Of a DNA stretch of 64,000 nucleotides, positions 11,477 through 24,624 are shown piece after piece. The stretch comes from Octopus vulgaris (Eukaryota). The notes under the pieces were generated by a model, which had not been told where the DNA came from, searched no databases, and saw only the letters and a list, made by a program, of their open reading frames with translations. The DNA lies in assembly GCA_951406725.2 (NCBI GenBank), contig OX597832.1, positions 18,662,001-18,726,000 on the forward strand. The letters run 5' to 3'. The translations under genes and the position numbers were made by a program. The first letter of the stretch is position 1, and each line of letters opens with the position of its first letter.

Positions 11477-12101
11477 GTATATATATATATACATTATACA
11501 TATGCATTATATATGTTCGTGTGTGTATGTGTGCGTGTATTTAGAGGAAACATAAATGCATTCATTTCACGTCATTTCCTATATTTCCTTACTGTCGGCC
11601 ATGCTTAAGTCACATCGATCTTGCGTTCTTCGTCTCACCTTCCATTTTTATTTTTTCTTCGCTGATATATTCACCTTCCATTCTCTGTTTTTTGTTTGTT
11701 TGTTTTCGCTTTTTATTTTCATTATTCTACATTATTTTATGTCAGTCTACACATCTTACGTTTCCATCATTTGTTGTTTTCTACTCTGTTCTTTAAAAAT
11801 TTTTTTTTATGCAGAATTCTTTTTTTTCTCCCCGTTTTTTTCCCCTCACTTTATAGCTATTTCCTTCGCACTATTTGTATATTTCCTTCTATCTTCCCTT
11901 CCCTTTTCGTTCTTCCTTCTTTTTCCTCCTTTTCTTTCTTTCTTCTATCTGTCTTTCTTTTTACTTACTGTTTTTCTTATCTATATTTATTGATCATTCC
12001 ACGCAATTTTCATTCCCATCTTCAATTTATTTTAGCTTTTTTTCATGTTTCATCACTTTTATTATTCTCCATTTTCTCTTACATATTGTTGCTCGATTTT
12101 A

Positions 12102-12102
<1 letters not shown>

Positions 12103-12132
<30 letters not shown>

Positions 12133-12449
12133 CTTCTTCTTCTTCTTCTTCTTCTTCTTCTTCTTCTTCTTCTTCTTCTTCTTCTTCTATTTCTTCTTCT
12201 TCTTCTTCTTCTTCTTCTTCTTCTTCTTCTATCTTTTTCTTTTTCCTCTTCTTCTCCTTCTACTTCTTCGTCTTCTTCTTCTTCTCTCTTCTTCTTCTTC
12301 TTCTTCTTCTTCATCTACTTCTTCTTATCATTCTTCTTCTTCTTCTTCTTCTTCTTCTTCTTCTTCTTCTTCTTTTCTTCTTCTTCTTCTTCTTCTTCTT
12401 CTTCTTCTTCTTCTTCTTCTTCTTCTTCTTCTTCTTCTTCTTCTTCTTC
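12103..12449. repeat. (TTC)n microsatellite
   Basis: About 350 bp of interrupted TTC. Confidence 0.95.
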
Positions 12450-12569
12450 CTGAGATGTTTACTGACAGACATTACGTCCTGATATTGAATACAACGGAGG
12501 TCAACTTCACATTTTATCCTTTCGGGGTGCCTAACATTACTGTAGCAGTGATAATAGAGCGTAAATTTT

Positions 12570-12757
12570 AATGATGACGACGATGATTACCATGATGAGG
12601 ATGACGATGCTGATGATGATGTTGATTATGATGACGATGATGACGATGATGATGATGATGATGACGAATAAGTGGATGAGTATCATCATCGTGATCATTA
12701 TCGTCATCACGATCATCATCATGATCATCATCATCATTATCATCATGAACATCATCA
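12570..12757. repeat. (GAT)n followed by (CAT)n, self-complementary compound microsatellite
   Basis: Polarity switches at ~12680. Confidence 0.9.
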
Positions 12758-12849
12758 CTTTATAGGCGTCATTGTCTCATTGTCATCATCAGAAGCACAA
12801 ATACAAAGACACTGCAGTGTTAAATAATGGAACATGATCGATAATTTAT

Positions 12850-12948
12850 GATAATAATAATAATAAGAAGAAGAATAATAATAATAATAATAATAGCAGC
12901 AATAATAATAATAATAACAATAATAATAATAATAATAACAATAATAAC

Positions 12949-12998
<50 letters not shown>

Positions 12999-13044
12999 TA
13001 ATGATAATAATAACAATAATAATAATAATAATAACAATAATAAC

Positions 13045-13100
<56 letters not shown>

Positions 13101-13104
13101 TAAC

Positions 13105-13156
<52 letters not shown>

Positions 13157-13230
13157 CTGTTGATGATGATGTGGATGATGATGGTGATGATAATAATAAT
13201 AATAAAAATGATAATAATAATAATAATAAA
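12850..13230. repeat. (AAT)n microsatellite
   Basis: Direct tandem repeat with AAC/GAT interruptions. Confidence 0.95.
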
Positions 13231-13464
13231 TTAAAGTAAAGAAAATTAATTAAAATCATCTCAAACGGAACAGGAATAACAAATAAACGGGAAAGGGGAT
13301 GGAGAAATAATAATAATAAAACTAATCAAACACACAGAATGAAAAAAAAAAAAAACTTCTAGAGAATTCAGTAAAAAATATACACTTCATATCCCTCAGT
13401 GGAAACAATCAACAGAAAGTGATAATATAAAAAGAGAGACAAAAAAAGGCAGCAACAGGATGCT

Positions 13465-13714
13465 CATCGTCGTCGTTGTCGTTTTCATCCTCATCATCAT
13501 CGTCGTCGTCGTCGTCGTCATCATCATCGTCACCATCATCGTCGTCGTCATCATCATCATCATCATCATCATCGTCGTCGTCGTTGTCGTCATCATCATC
13601 AGTACCATCATCATCATCATCATCATCACCACCACCATCATCATCATCACCATCATCATCACCATCGTAGTTATCATCATCATCATCATCATCATTAACA
13701 TCCTCCTCATCATC

Positions 13715-13761
<47 letters not shown>

Positions 13762-13848
13762 ATCATCATCATCATCATCATCATCGTCATCATCATCACC
13801 ATCACCATCACCATCGTAGTTATCATCATCACCATCATCATCATCATC

Positions 13849-13880
<32 letters not shown>

Positions 13881-13898
13881 CATCATCATCACCACCAC

Positions 13899-13945
<47 letters not shown>

Positions 13946-14013
13946 CCATCGTTATCATCATCATCATCATCATCATCCTAATCATCATCACCATTATCAT
14001 CACCATCGTAGTT

Positions 14014-14048
<35 letters not shown>

Positions 14049-14385
14049 CATCATCATCATCACCATCATCATCACCATCGTAGTTATCATCATCAACATC
14101 ATCATCACCATTATCATCACCATTGTAGTTATCATCATCATCATCATCATCACCATCGTCATGAATAACAACAGCTTCTACTACATCGTTGATGATGTTG
14201 CAGATGGTGATGATAATAGCAACGACTTAATAATGAAAATGTTATACGTGATGATGATGATGATGAAGATGATGATGATGATGATGATGAAGATGATGAT
14301 GATAAGTGATGATGATGACGACGAGAACAATAACAACGAGGGAGACGACGACGACGTTCGATGATGATGGTGATGATGATGATGG

Positions 14386-14418
<33 letters not shown>

Positions 14419-14444
14419 CAATGATGATGATGATGTGGATGATG

Positions 14445-14477
<33 letters not shown>

Positions 14478-14760
14478 GTGATGGTGATAGTGATGATGAT
14501 GATGATGATGATGATGTGGATGATAATGATATGGATGATGATAATGATGATGATGATGGTGATGGTGATGATGATTATGAGGAAGAGGAGGAGGATGTTT
14601 ATGATGAGGATGATGATGATGATGATGATGACCACTACGAGGATGATAATGAGGACGATGATTTTAATGATTATAATGATAACGAAAACGATGATGAAGA
14701 CGATGATGATGATAATGATGAAGATAACTATTATGTTGATGACGATGGTGTTGATGATGA
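13465..14760. repeat. (CAT)n block (13465-14160) facing a (GAT)n block (14250-14760)
   Basis: Two long complementary trinucleotide arrays separated by a ~90-bp spacer. Confidence 0.9.
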
Positions 14761-15426
14761 ACGCAGTGTACTTAAAAAAAACAAAAGAAAAAAAAAACGA
14801 TCGACAACGTTCACGGTAGAGAAAACACCGTTGTACGTGACACCGGCAGCTTTCGAGTTCGTGAGACGAACACCGTTGAACGTCGGCGTGCCAATGGAGT
14901 GCTACAATTCAGACGGTTGATATTCCGTTCAGGATTTGGTCTCCTACACTCTCCCCCCTCTCTCTCTCTTTCTCTCTCTCAGTCTCTGTCTCAGTTCATA
15001 CTCTTTGTATTCAATGCTCGCTGATGATTAGAGTTGTTAAAACACAAACAACGTATTTGACATGCTAGAGTACGTTTGAAAAACACAATTACGCAAATGT
15101 ACACAGAGATACATTTAAACGTAAGCACGGTCAATCATACACACATACATACACATACACACATACACATACTCACATAAAAGCAGTCCCCCATACATAG
15201 TTGAGTGACGCATGATCCTGTGTGTGAGTCAGAAGGGTGTGTGTAAGTATGAACGTTAAAGTATGTGAATGTGTGCAGTTGTTGAAATAATTGATGCAAT
15301 TGTGGCTAAAATATACACTTTAAACGAAAAATATATCAACACCAAAGCATAAATACATTTGCATATAAACAAGGCCTTCGTAGAGTTCTCATTATAACGC
15401 ACAAATATGCATATATTTGTACATAA

Positions 15427-15807
15427 TGTGGTAAGTAGCTTGCTTACGAACCACATGGTCCCGGCTTCAGTTCCATTGCGTGGCACTTTGGGCAATTGTC
15501 TTCTACTGTAGCCCCAGGCCGACCAAAGCCTTGTGAGTGGATTTGGTAGACGGAAACTGAAAGTAGCCTGTCTTATATATGTATACATATGTGCGTATGT
15601 GTCTGTATGTGTGTGTGTTTGTATGTTTGTGTGTCTGTATTTTTCCCCGCCAACATCTCTTGACAACCGATGCTGGTGTGTTTATGTCCCCGTAACTAAG
15701 TGGTTCGGCAAAAGAAACCGATAGAATAATTACTAGGCTAACAAAGAATAATTCCTGGGGACGATTTGCTCGACTAAAGGCGGTGTTCCAGCATGGCCAC
15801 ATTCAAA
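15427..15807 (+). mobile_element. SINE family A
   Basis: GTAAGTAGCTTGCTTAC..CCACATGG..GGCACTTTGGGCAATTGTCTTCTAC..GGATTTGGTAGACGGAAACTGAAAG..(TG)n..GACAACCGATGCTGGTG..CCAGCATGGCC. Confidence 0.9.
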
Positions 15808-15899
15808 CAACATTCTTGTATAAGAATAATATTTGTGTTACTCTAAAGAGATTGACGCAAAATAGTTTTTATTATAACTGAATACACATATGGAAACAT

Positions 15900-15961
<62 letters not shown>

Positions 15962-16956
15962 ATATATGAATGTATATGTATATATATACATGCGTGTATT
16001 TGTGAGTATGTTAGTATTTATGTATATGTCCACATAAAATGAAATCGGCATAATTCTTGGACCAAATGAATCGGACTAAATTTTTTATCGATGGATATTT
16101 ATATACTATTTAGGTGTTATAACTTTCTGTTGATTTCTTTTCGAACTTGTGTGGTTTTTTTTTTTTTGTATTTATTTCAAAATGTAAATATTTGTCATTC
16201 ATCCTATTTATGATCGATAAAAAATTACTGGATAAAATAATGTAATCAACTAAATCGATTATTTTCACAATACACAAACTTCACTGCAGTGTCTAGACTG
16301 TAAGAAATACCTTCTACATTTCTCCCTATCATTTATTCTTTTGTACAAAACCAGAACGTTACCACCTCAGGTGTTCGCTTTTATTTGAAGAGAAAATATA
16401 TTTTATAGCAATGTTAAACAGAAAGGATATATTCAACAAGATATTTACACATATAATCTTTTAAACTAATTAAGAAAAAAATATTGTTACAATCCCTTAT
16501 CAGAATTTTGCAATAGCACTTGCTTAAAATTTTGATTGTCATTCAATATTGTGCTAAATAGTGATGTAATATATTATTAAATGAAAATTGAATCAAATAA
16601 ATTTTAAAAGATACACAAATGTCTCATAATTGCGTTGGATGATTTCTACCTATTGCGATATTATTTTATGAAATGTTGGTGCCTACCAACTATTAATGAT
16701 GGTTGAAATATCACTTTAAGTATGTGTATGATTTAAATAATTAACAATCTCCATTGTTAGTCTTTAAATTTGAAAGTAAACATTAAGAAGTATTTGATAT
16801 GATATTGTTCCATTTAAGAGACAATCTTCAGCATTTTTCATCAAGATGCATACACATGAACATATATGCATATGTGTATATGTCAATGAATATATACATA
16901 TATGTATATATTCAGACACATATACACACGCGAATACACACACATATACATATAGA

Positions 16957-17117
16957 GGCGCAGGAGCGGCTGTAAGGTAAGTAGCTTACTTACCAACCAC
17001 ATGGTTCCGAGTTCACTCACACTGCTTGGCACCTTGGGTAAGTGTACTCTACTATGGCCTTGGGCTGACCAAAGGCTTATTAGTGGGTTTCGTAGACAGA
17101 AACTGAAAGAAGACCAT

Positions 17118-17180
<63 letters not shown>

Positions 17181-17423
17181 GTATATATGTGTGTGTGTGT
17201 ATGTGTGTGTGTGTGTGAGTGAATCTGTGTTTGTCCCCGCTCTATCACTAGACCACCGATGCAGGTGTGTTTACGTAACCGTAACTTAGCGGTTCAGCAA
17301 AAGGGACCCAGAGAATAAGTACTGGACTTACAAAGAGTATGTCCTGGGCTTGATTTGTTTGACTAAAGGTAGTGCTCTAGCATGGTCGCAATTAAATGAA
17401 TGAAACAAATAAGAGTAAAAGAG
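16957..17423 (+). mobile_element. SINE family A, full length with expanded internal (TA)n/(TG)n
   Basis: GGCGCAGGAG head, B-box-like GGTTCCGAGTTCA, CORE-like CACCTTGGGTAAGTGT and tail GAAACAAATAAGAGTAAAAGAG. Confidence 0.9.
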
Positions 17424-17475
<52 letters not shown>

Positions 17476-17783
17476 TTATATACATATATATGTGTGTGTG
17501 AATGTATATATACATATATGCATGTATGTATATATATATATATATACACACATTTATATATTTATGTATATATACATGTGTGTGATAAATGCGTGTGTGC
17601 GTGTGTGTATATATATAACATGGATTCGTAAGGATATGCAAACGTATATGTACTTACATACATGCTCACACGCATGCACACATATATAGAAAGAGAGGCA
17701 AGGAAAGAAGGAAGATAGATAGGTAGATAGATAGATTGATAGATATATAGATAGATAGGTAGATAGATAGATAGATAGGTAGG

Positions 17784-17864
<81 letters not shown>

Positions 17865-18014
17865 GTGTTAGCATATGCGAATGGATAGATTCCTGCAGAT
17901 AATTAAGGAACGTGTAAAAATGCTAGCTGGCTTTGGCTGCTGTAAATTCAAGGAAGAACGGTACCTAATATCTGCTTGGAATTATTTCAGATTTGACTCA
18001 CTCATCGTTCTTAC

Positions 18015-18278
18015 CATGCAGTCCACGATCGCTCATACCGCAGTTGACTTGTCATTCATAGGTCAGCTTAATGGCGCGTGAAACGGTTCCTTCCAAGCGA
18101 ACAGTTTGACGCTAGTAGCTGTATTTGACGATGGCATCAAGAAAACGTAGCTCTCGGTCGAAATGTTCCGCCACCTGCACGCGACGTGAAATTGCAGCCA
18201 AAGGCACACGTTGTTGCTGACAGCCAATAAAACGCGTGTAATATCTATGGGGGTATTTTTCAGACTACACACGATTTC
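18015..18278 (-). other. Candidate spliced exon (5' UTR/first coding exon or lncRNA exon)
   Basis: Unique CpG-rich island with minus-strand acceptor TTGTTCATTTCAG|G and donor ATG|GTAAG. It is 264 nt with stops in all three frames; an ATG at 18036 opens MSDRGLH up to the donor. Confidence 0.4.
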
Positions 18279-18475
18279 CTGAAATGAACAATAAGCTAAA
18301 GGAAGACGAGAATGCGGTTATGCAGAGGAATGGTGTCGGTGATGAGCGAGAAGGGATAGAAAAGGGTAGGAAAAAAGAGATGAGGTATATAAATAGATAG
18401 ATATATATATAGATACATAGATACATAGATAGATAGAAAGAGAGAGAGATAGGTGGGTAGGTAGAAAGGTAGGTG

Positions 18476-18526
<51 letters not shown>

Positions 18527-18823
18527 ATTAGGTAGGTAGGTAGATAGAAAGATAAGCAGAGAACGATGGAGATAGAGATTTAAGAAGTTACGTGTAACAA
18601 AAGGAACTATTACGTAATATATTTACTAATTATAGTATTTTTTGATAGGTTTTTCTATAGTATATATTTTCTTTATGGTGTGAATAACATCTTTCGTTAT
18701 TGATTTGTTTTATAGTTGTTTTTCTCTAAATTATATACATATACATGTGTGTGTGTGTGTCTGTGTGTCTGTGTGTATGTGTATATATATATATATATCG
18801 ATATAGATATACATATTGATATA

Positions 18824-19200
18824 GGCAGATGGATGGATGTGTGTTAAGTAGCTTGCTTACCAACCACATGTTTCCGGGTTCAGTGCCACTGACATCCTGG
18901 GCAAGTGTCTTCTACTATTTACTGGGGCCAAACAAATCAGTGTGAGTGGATTTGGTAGTCGGCAACAGAAAGAACCCCGTCGTATATATGTGTGTGTGTG
19001 TGTGTGTGTGTCCGTTTGTCCACACACAGTCGCTTGACAACCGATGCTGGTGTGTTTACGTCCCCGTAATTTTTGCGGTTTGGCAAAAGAGACCGATAGG
19101 ATAAGTACTAGGCTTACAAGGAATAAGTCCTGGGATCGATTTGTTTGACTAAAGGCGGTGCTCCAGCATGGCTGAAACAAATAAGTGAATATAGAGTAAA
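18824..19200 (+). mobile_element. SINE family A
   Basis: Same diagnostic motifs as 15427-15807. Confidence 0.85.
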
Positions 19201-19670
19201 CACACAGATGTAGATGCGATGAAAATTGCTGTCGAGAGAGGTAAAGAAATGAGAGAACCACAGAAAGATATAGAGAAAGAGAAGAGGAAAAAGAGCGAGG
19301 ACGAGAGAGATAATGATGATGGAGTATGTAGATAATGTTGAATAGAATAAAGTGTTTCTAGAAAGTGATGAGGACGAAAATGGGAAGCAGGAGTGATGGA
19401 ATGTAGAGGCAGAACAGGCAACCTCTCTCATCTACTTCTCCCTGTCTCATAGCCCGTCAGTTCCTATCTATCTATCTATCTATGTTCCTTCTCTTATTCC
19501 CTCTCTTTCTATAGATGTGTGTATGCGTGTGAGCATGTATGTAAGTACACATGCATATGCATATCCTTGCGAATTCATGTTATATATATACACACACACA
19601 CAGACATTCACACACGCACACACACACACACATACACACACACACACATACACACACACACACACACACA

Positions 19671-19704
<34 letters not shown>

Positions 19705-19753
19705 CTATCTCTTACTATCTATTTCCCGCCTCACTTGCGCAGTGTCACTGCAT

Positions 19754-20072
19754 AGTAGCTAATTTTGCATCATACACACCAGGATCGGCGTTCAGTCCCA
19801 CTGCTCGGCAGCAAACTTGGTTAACTCACTCTTGCACTATAGCCTCTGGCCAAACAAAGCCTTCTATGTGAGATATGGTAAGTGGAAATTTAAGGAAGCC
19901 TGTTGTATATATATATATATATTTACGTCATTAGCATTTCAGCCAAAGAGATCGATAGAATAAGTAATAAGCTTACTAAGAATAAGACTTGGGGTCGATT
20001 TGTTCCACTAAAGCCGGTGCTCCAGCATGGCCGCAATCAAATGACTGAAACAAATAAAAGAATAAAAGAATA
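19754..20072 (+). mobile_element. SINE family A, degenerate
   Basis: GTTCAGTCCCACTGC..ACTATAGCCTCTGGCC..GATCGATAGAATAAGTA..GGTGCTCCAGCATGGCCGCAATCAAATGACTGAAAC. Confidence 0.8.
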
Positions 20073-20237
20073 TAAGCAATATATTTCTCTGTGCCCTCTA
20101 TGGACGACCAAATAACTGTGCGTGTAAGAAAAAATATCCATACGGAAATAGGCGCCTTTTCTTTCATTTAATTGATCAATTGTCAACAGATCCGTTTCAT
20201 ATACATAATATACATACGTGAATGTTTGTGGGAGCGC

Positions 20238-20620
20238 CTGTGCAATGGTACCAGAATGGTGGCGAAAGCGTTGCATCACCATTCCTAGAGACAACAATTA
20301 TGTCCTAGAGGTAACAGTTATGACTGGGAACTGTAAGTGTGTGATTTCTTTATTCCACGGATACGTTAATACCTTACGACCTCCCTTTTGAATTTAAATG
20401 GTTCCAGTTCCCTGTGAAATTAAGTTTCGCTATGTCAATAAACAAATCTATAGGCCAGTCTCTCAAGATTGTTGGAGTTTACCTTGCTTCTCCATGTTAC
20501 TCTCATGGGCAATTATATATAGGGTGTTCGCGAGTTGGAAGTCCCCAAAATCTTTTCAAGTATACACCAATTACAGGACACACTAAAAACATTGTATATT
20601 TAGAATCTCTTGCTAATTAA
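20238..20620 (+). mobile_element. Helitron Pif1-family helicase C-terminal fragment (pseudogenised)
   Basis: LCNGTRMVAKAL ... LPFEFKWFQFPVKLSFAMSINKSIGQSLKIVGVYLASPCYSHGQLYIGCSRVG...TKNIVY resembles Pif1 motifs V/VI (AMTINKSQGQ, FSHGQLYV..SR) and the Helitron TKNIVY end. Frameshifted. Confidence 0.9.
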
Positions 20621-21201
20621 ACTGTGATTGATTTCTGGATTTGTTCCAATACATTTGTTTATACTCATGTTATCTGATAGAATTTTTGTTAAATGTATTT
20701 ATTAATAGGAAAGGAGCGTCCAGAGGGTGGTTCTTCTTAAACTTATGTATTTTCAGGTTCAACGTGTTTCAAATACTGACAATAGAAGGTGGTCACAAAG
20801 ACAAAGAACTAACCTGCTTTTTAAACAATTTTAACAGTGAGAACACCGTACAAAACTTGTTATTGACATTTACGCTTGGTACCTGAGCTAATAACTGTTT
20901 AAAACTCCATAATCCATGTTTCATTTTACTTACAGATTTAAAGGTCATACCTAAATTCATTATTTTCAATAAGCTGGAAAACGACGTGTTATTAACGTAT
21001 ACAATTATCTTCAGCTACTAGGAGGTGAAATCTACGTAGTTTATGTTTCATGTTTAATGTCATATACGTATACACACATATATAGGTAGATAGGTAGGTA
21101 CGTATATATATATATATACGTAGATAGGTATGTATGTATATATATACATATGTATATATATATTTATTTATATATTATATAAATATGTATATATATGTAT
21201 A

Positions 21202-21250
<49 letters not shown>

Positions 21251-22040
21251 GTACCTACCGATCTACCTATCTATATAAGTATATAAATGTGTGTGTGTGT
21301 GTTTGTGTGTATGTGTGAGTGTGTGTATAACTACGCGCGTACACATCTACCTGCATATGAGTACGCATTCATTTACTCACATATCGACATGCACAAATAC
21401 TGTGCGACGCTCTTATTTTATATCTTTCCAACCAGATCTTACTTCCTGCATGTTCTGCTGTGGCACTCTTGCGAAAATAAAAATTTGTGCTCCTACCCGA
21501 ATAGCATAGACACAGAAAAAAAGTAATTCAAATCATAGTATTGTACACGAAATTGTAAGCATGGGCGTCGTTTCATATACATTTCCTGATATATACACCC
21601 TCACATATATGCGGGTTTTTGCGTATGGATGTATAGTATATGTGCGAAATATGTAGAAAGCTTATTCATTCAAACAATAACCTATTTCATGCGTAACATA
21701 TTTGATGATGAACATGCTCATAATAACGGACATTACAAAATACGTCCACTCATATACGTAGATGATTTGTATTAAGAGATATCCTGTTTATAATAGATGG
21801 AATATATCAACATGAAACTCGGAGTATCGATGTGTGAAGATACAGTTCTGTACGAAAGTTATTCCACTGTAACTGATCAAATTTGGTAGTATTAACATGA
21901 AATTTATACAATACTTTGCTACCAGATCTGCAGTTACCAATATATGTGAAGGGGTAGCGGCATGTGCATGTATACACATGCACATTTGTTAAACGGTGTA
22001 TATATATATTTATATTTATATATACATAAGTCATTATATC

Positions 22041-22219
22041 TACATAAACGTATATAGAGACATACATATGCATATACATAAATATACATCCATCCCTGCA
22101 TATATACATATATATATATATATATATATGCATACATTATTATATATATATACATAAACGTATATAAATAGATACATATGCATATACGTAATTATACATC
22201 CATCCCTCCATACATATAC

Positions 22220-22230
<11 letters not shown>
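22041..22230. repeat. Local ~110-bp tandem duplication
   Basis: TACATAAACGTATATA...CATATGCATATAC...TATACATCCATCCCT occurs at 22041 and 22151. Confidence 0.8.
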
Positions 22231-22256
<26 letters not shown>

Positions 22257-22672
22257 TACATATACATATATATATATTTATTTATATATATATATTTATA
22301 TATATATATATATACATGCATATACAAATATATAAAAATCTCTTTGCTTCTCTATCTCTCTTTCTCTATGTATATGTATGTATATATATATATATACATG
22401 TGTGTGTGGGTGTTTCTGTGTATGTGTGTGAGTGTGCTTGTTCGTGCGTGTGTATTTGTGTGTGTGTTTGCCTCCATGAACATGAAAACTGAGCATGTTA
22501 ATAGACATTATAATTTACTTTTCAGTACCTATGCGACTAACAGTTAACTGGTAGCATATGTTTAGTAACGGATTTATCTCCCTTCTCTTTCTAGCTCTGA
22601 CTACGCTTATATATTTGCATCTTTTCTCATCTCTCCATACTCACTACCTTCAATTCAAAACCCTCTCGTCAG

Positions 22673-22718
<46 letters not shown>

Positions 22719-22829
22719 GTATCAATTATGCTTCTATAGTCTCTCTTTCTTTCTTCTTTCTCACCACTTCTTTCTGCTTCTGTGTGTGTGTGTGCACTAA
22801 TTATGCTCCTACTCTACTACTTGTACTAG

Positions 22830-23519
22830 AAACTATTTGGATATCAAGTCTTCTCCATCTTTCTTCCGTCCTTTGTCTTCTGCCTATTGCTGTCCCGAGC
22901 TTATCTTTCCGCTTGGTGCATCCAGCAGAAGTCCAGAGAGTGGAAACAAATCTGTGCATTTATTCTCCCACTGACATCCCATTGTATTTCAGAAGCGTAG
23001 TGTCAAAAGCCTCTTTCCTCTTTGCTCGATAACGACTAGTTCTCTGGTTCGCTTAACACTGATGTGATATGACCGGACCAGCCTGCTGGCCCCGGCTGGA
23101 CATGAAATATACTCACATTAACATATATATAAATGCATATATATATATACGCACACACACGAACACATACATTCAAACATGCATAGAAACACATAGAAAA
23201 TTATTTACGCATACACGCGCACACAAGAATTTAAACTCCCATTCATGCACACACACATTTGTTCATATATATATCATATACATACATATACAAACATACA
23301 CACAGACATACACACACCTGTATGTATATATATATATATATATGGATATATTATATATATTTACATATACGTATATATACGTACTTAGATATATATATAT
23401 ACATATATACATGTGTATATGTATATATGCATATATATACATATATATACATATATATATATATATATATGCATATATGTATATATATATATGTATATAT
23501 ATACATACATATGTATATA

Positions 23520-23575
<56 letters not shown>

Positions 23576-23730
23576 CAGCCTTGCTAATATGTATGATTTG
23601 TTGGAACGTGAACCTTGATACTGTACATTTGGATTTCATGGAAGCATTCTTATCTCTTTGTCTAACAGGTGCATCTAAGCAGAAAACCGGCCTCTTTTCC
23701 GCTGTAGGACCTCACCGGCTCTGTTGAAAA
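22830..23730 (-). mobile_element. Highly decayed RTE-like LINE 3' fragment interrupted by microsatellite (23110-23575)
   Basis: Minus-strand remnants GWSGHI (cf. RTE LRWAGHV) and ERWRRL (cf. terminal DR..WR) appear in the expected order. Weak evidence. Confidence 0.35.
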
Positions 23731-24238
23731 TTACTGTATGGGAATGGTTAAAATATAATACATTATGTAAAACTATCATGTTATATGTTTTGTATTTTTG
23801 CTCATAATAAAGGGTGGGCAGTGGAATATAAAAAATGTTAGAAAATGAAAAATACATAGCGTAGTGAAATAGATAGAGACAGAAGGATATAGATACAAAG
23901 AGAGAAAGAGTGGACGGTGGGGAGATAGAAGGGCGAAAATGAGAGTGAAAGGCAGAGGAGATGGATGGAAATGTAACAGTGAAACGAAAATCGTTGTGTT
24001 GAAGGCATGAAGGCGAGAATTAATGAAAGAAATATAGAAAGAAAGAAAGTGATAGATAATGTTGGAAGTAAAATTAGCAAAGAAAGAAAGAAACTTAGAA
24101 AGAGTGAAACAAAGAAGGACAAAAAGAGAGAGAGAAAGAAAGAAATGAAAACATGTAACAATGGAATTCGAATATAATTCAACGAAATATAAATTTAGAA
24201 ATGTATAAATAGCGGAATGAAAAAAGGACATGAAAAAA

Positions 24239-24326
<88 letters not shown>

Positions 24327-24624
24327 GAAGGAAAGGTACTAGGAAAGAAAGAATGAAAGTGAGACTACGAAGAATAATAGAATATAATTTATGTCCAAAA
24401 TATATTAATACTTACAGACAGACCGAAGTAATGGTGAAAAATGATACTGAAGAATAACGAAAACTGTAATAAGAAAGAAAGGGAAGAGAAGAGAAAGAGA
24501 AGAGAAAGAAAGGAAAAGAAACAGAAAGAAAAAGAAAAAAAGAAAGAAACAGAAAGAAAGAAAGAATTAACACAGGAAAAAACGGGAAAGTAGACTATGT
24601 TCCACATACAAAAGTTTGTAAAAA

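Noticed and set aside
13396-13461. Signal-peptide-like MSILLLPFFVSLFILSLSVDCFH on the minus strand
   Set aside because: A stop follows immediately, and the hydrophobicity is explained by T-rich sequence.
14306-14920. 204-aa poly-Asp ORF resembling acidic biomineralisation proteins
   Set aside because: It is the Asp frame of a (GAT)n array, has no signal peptide, and its basic patch comes from a poly-A run. Not called as CDS.
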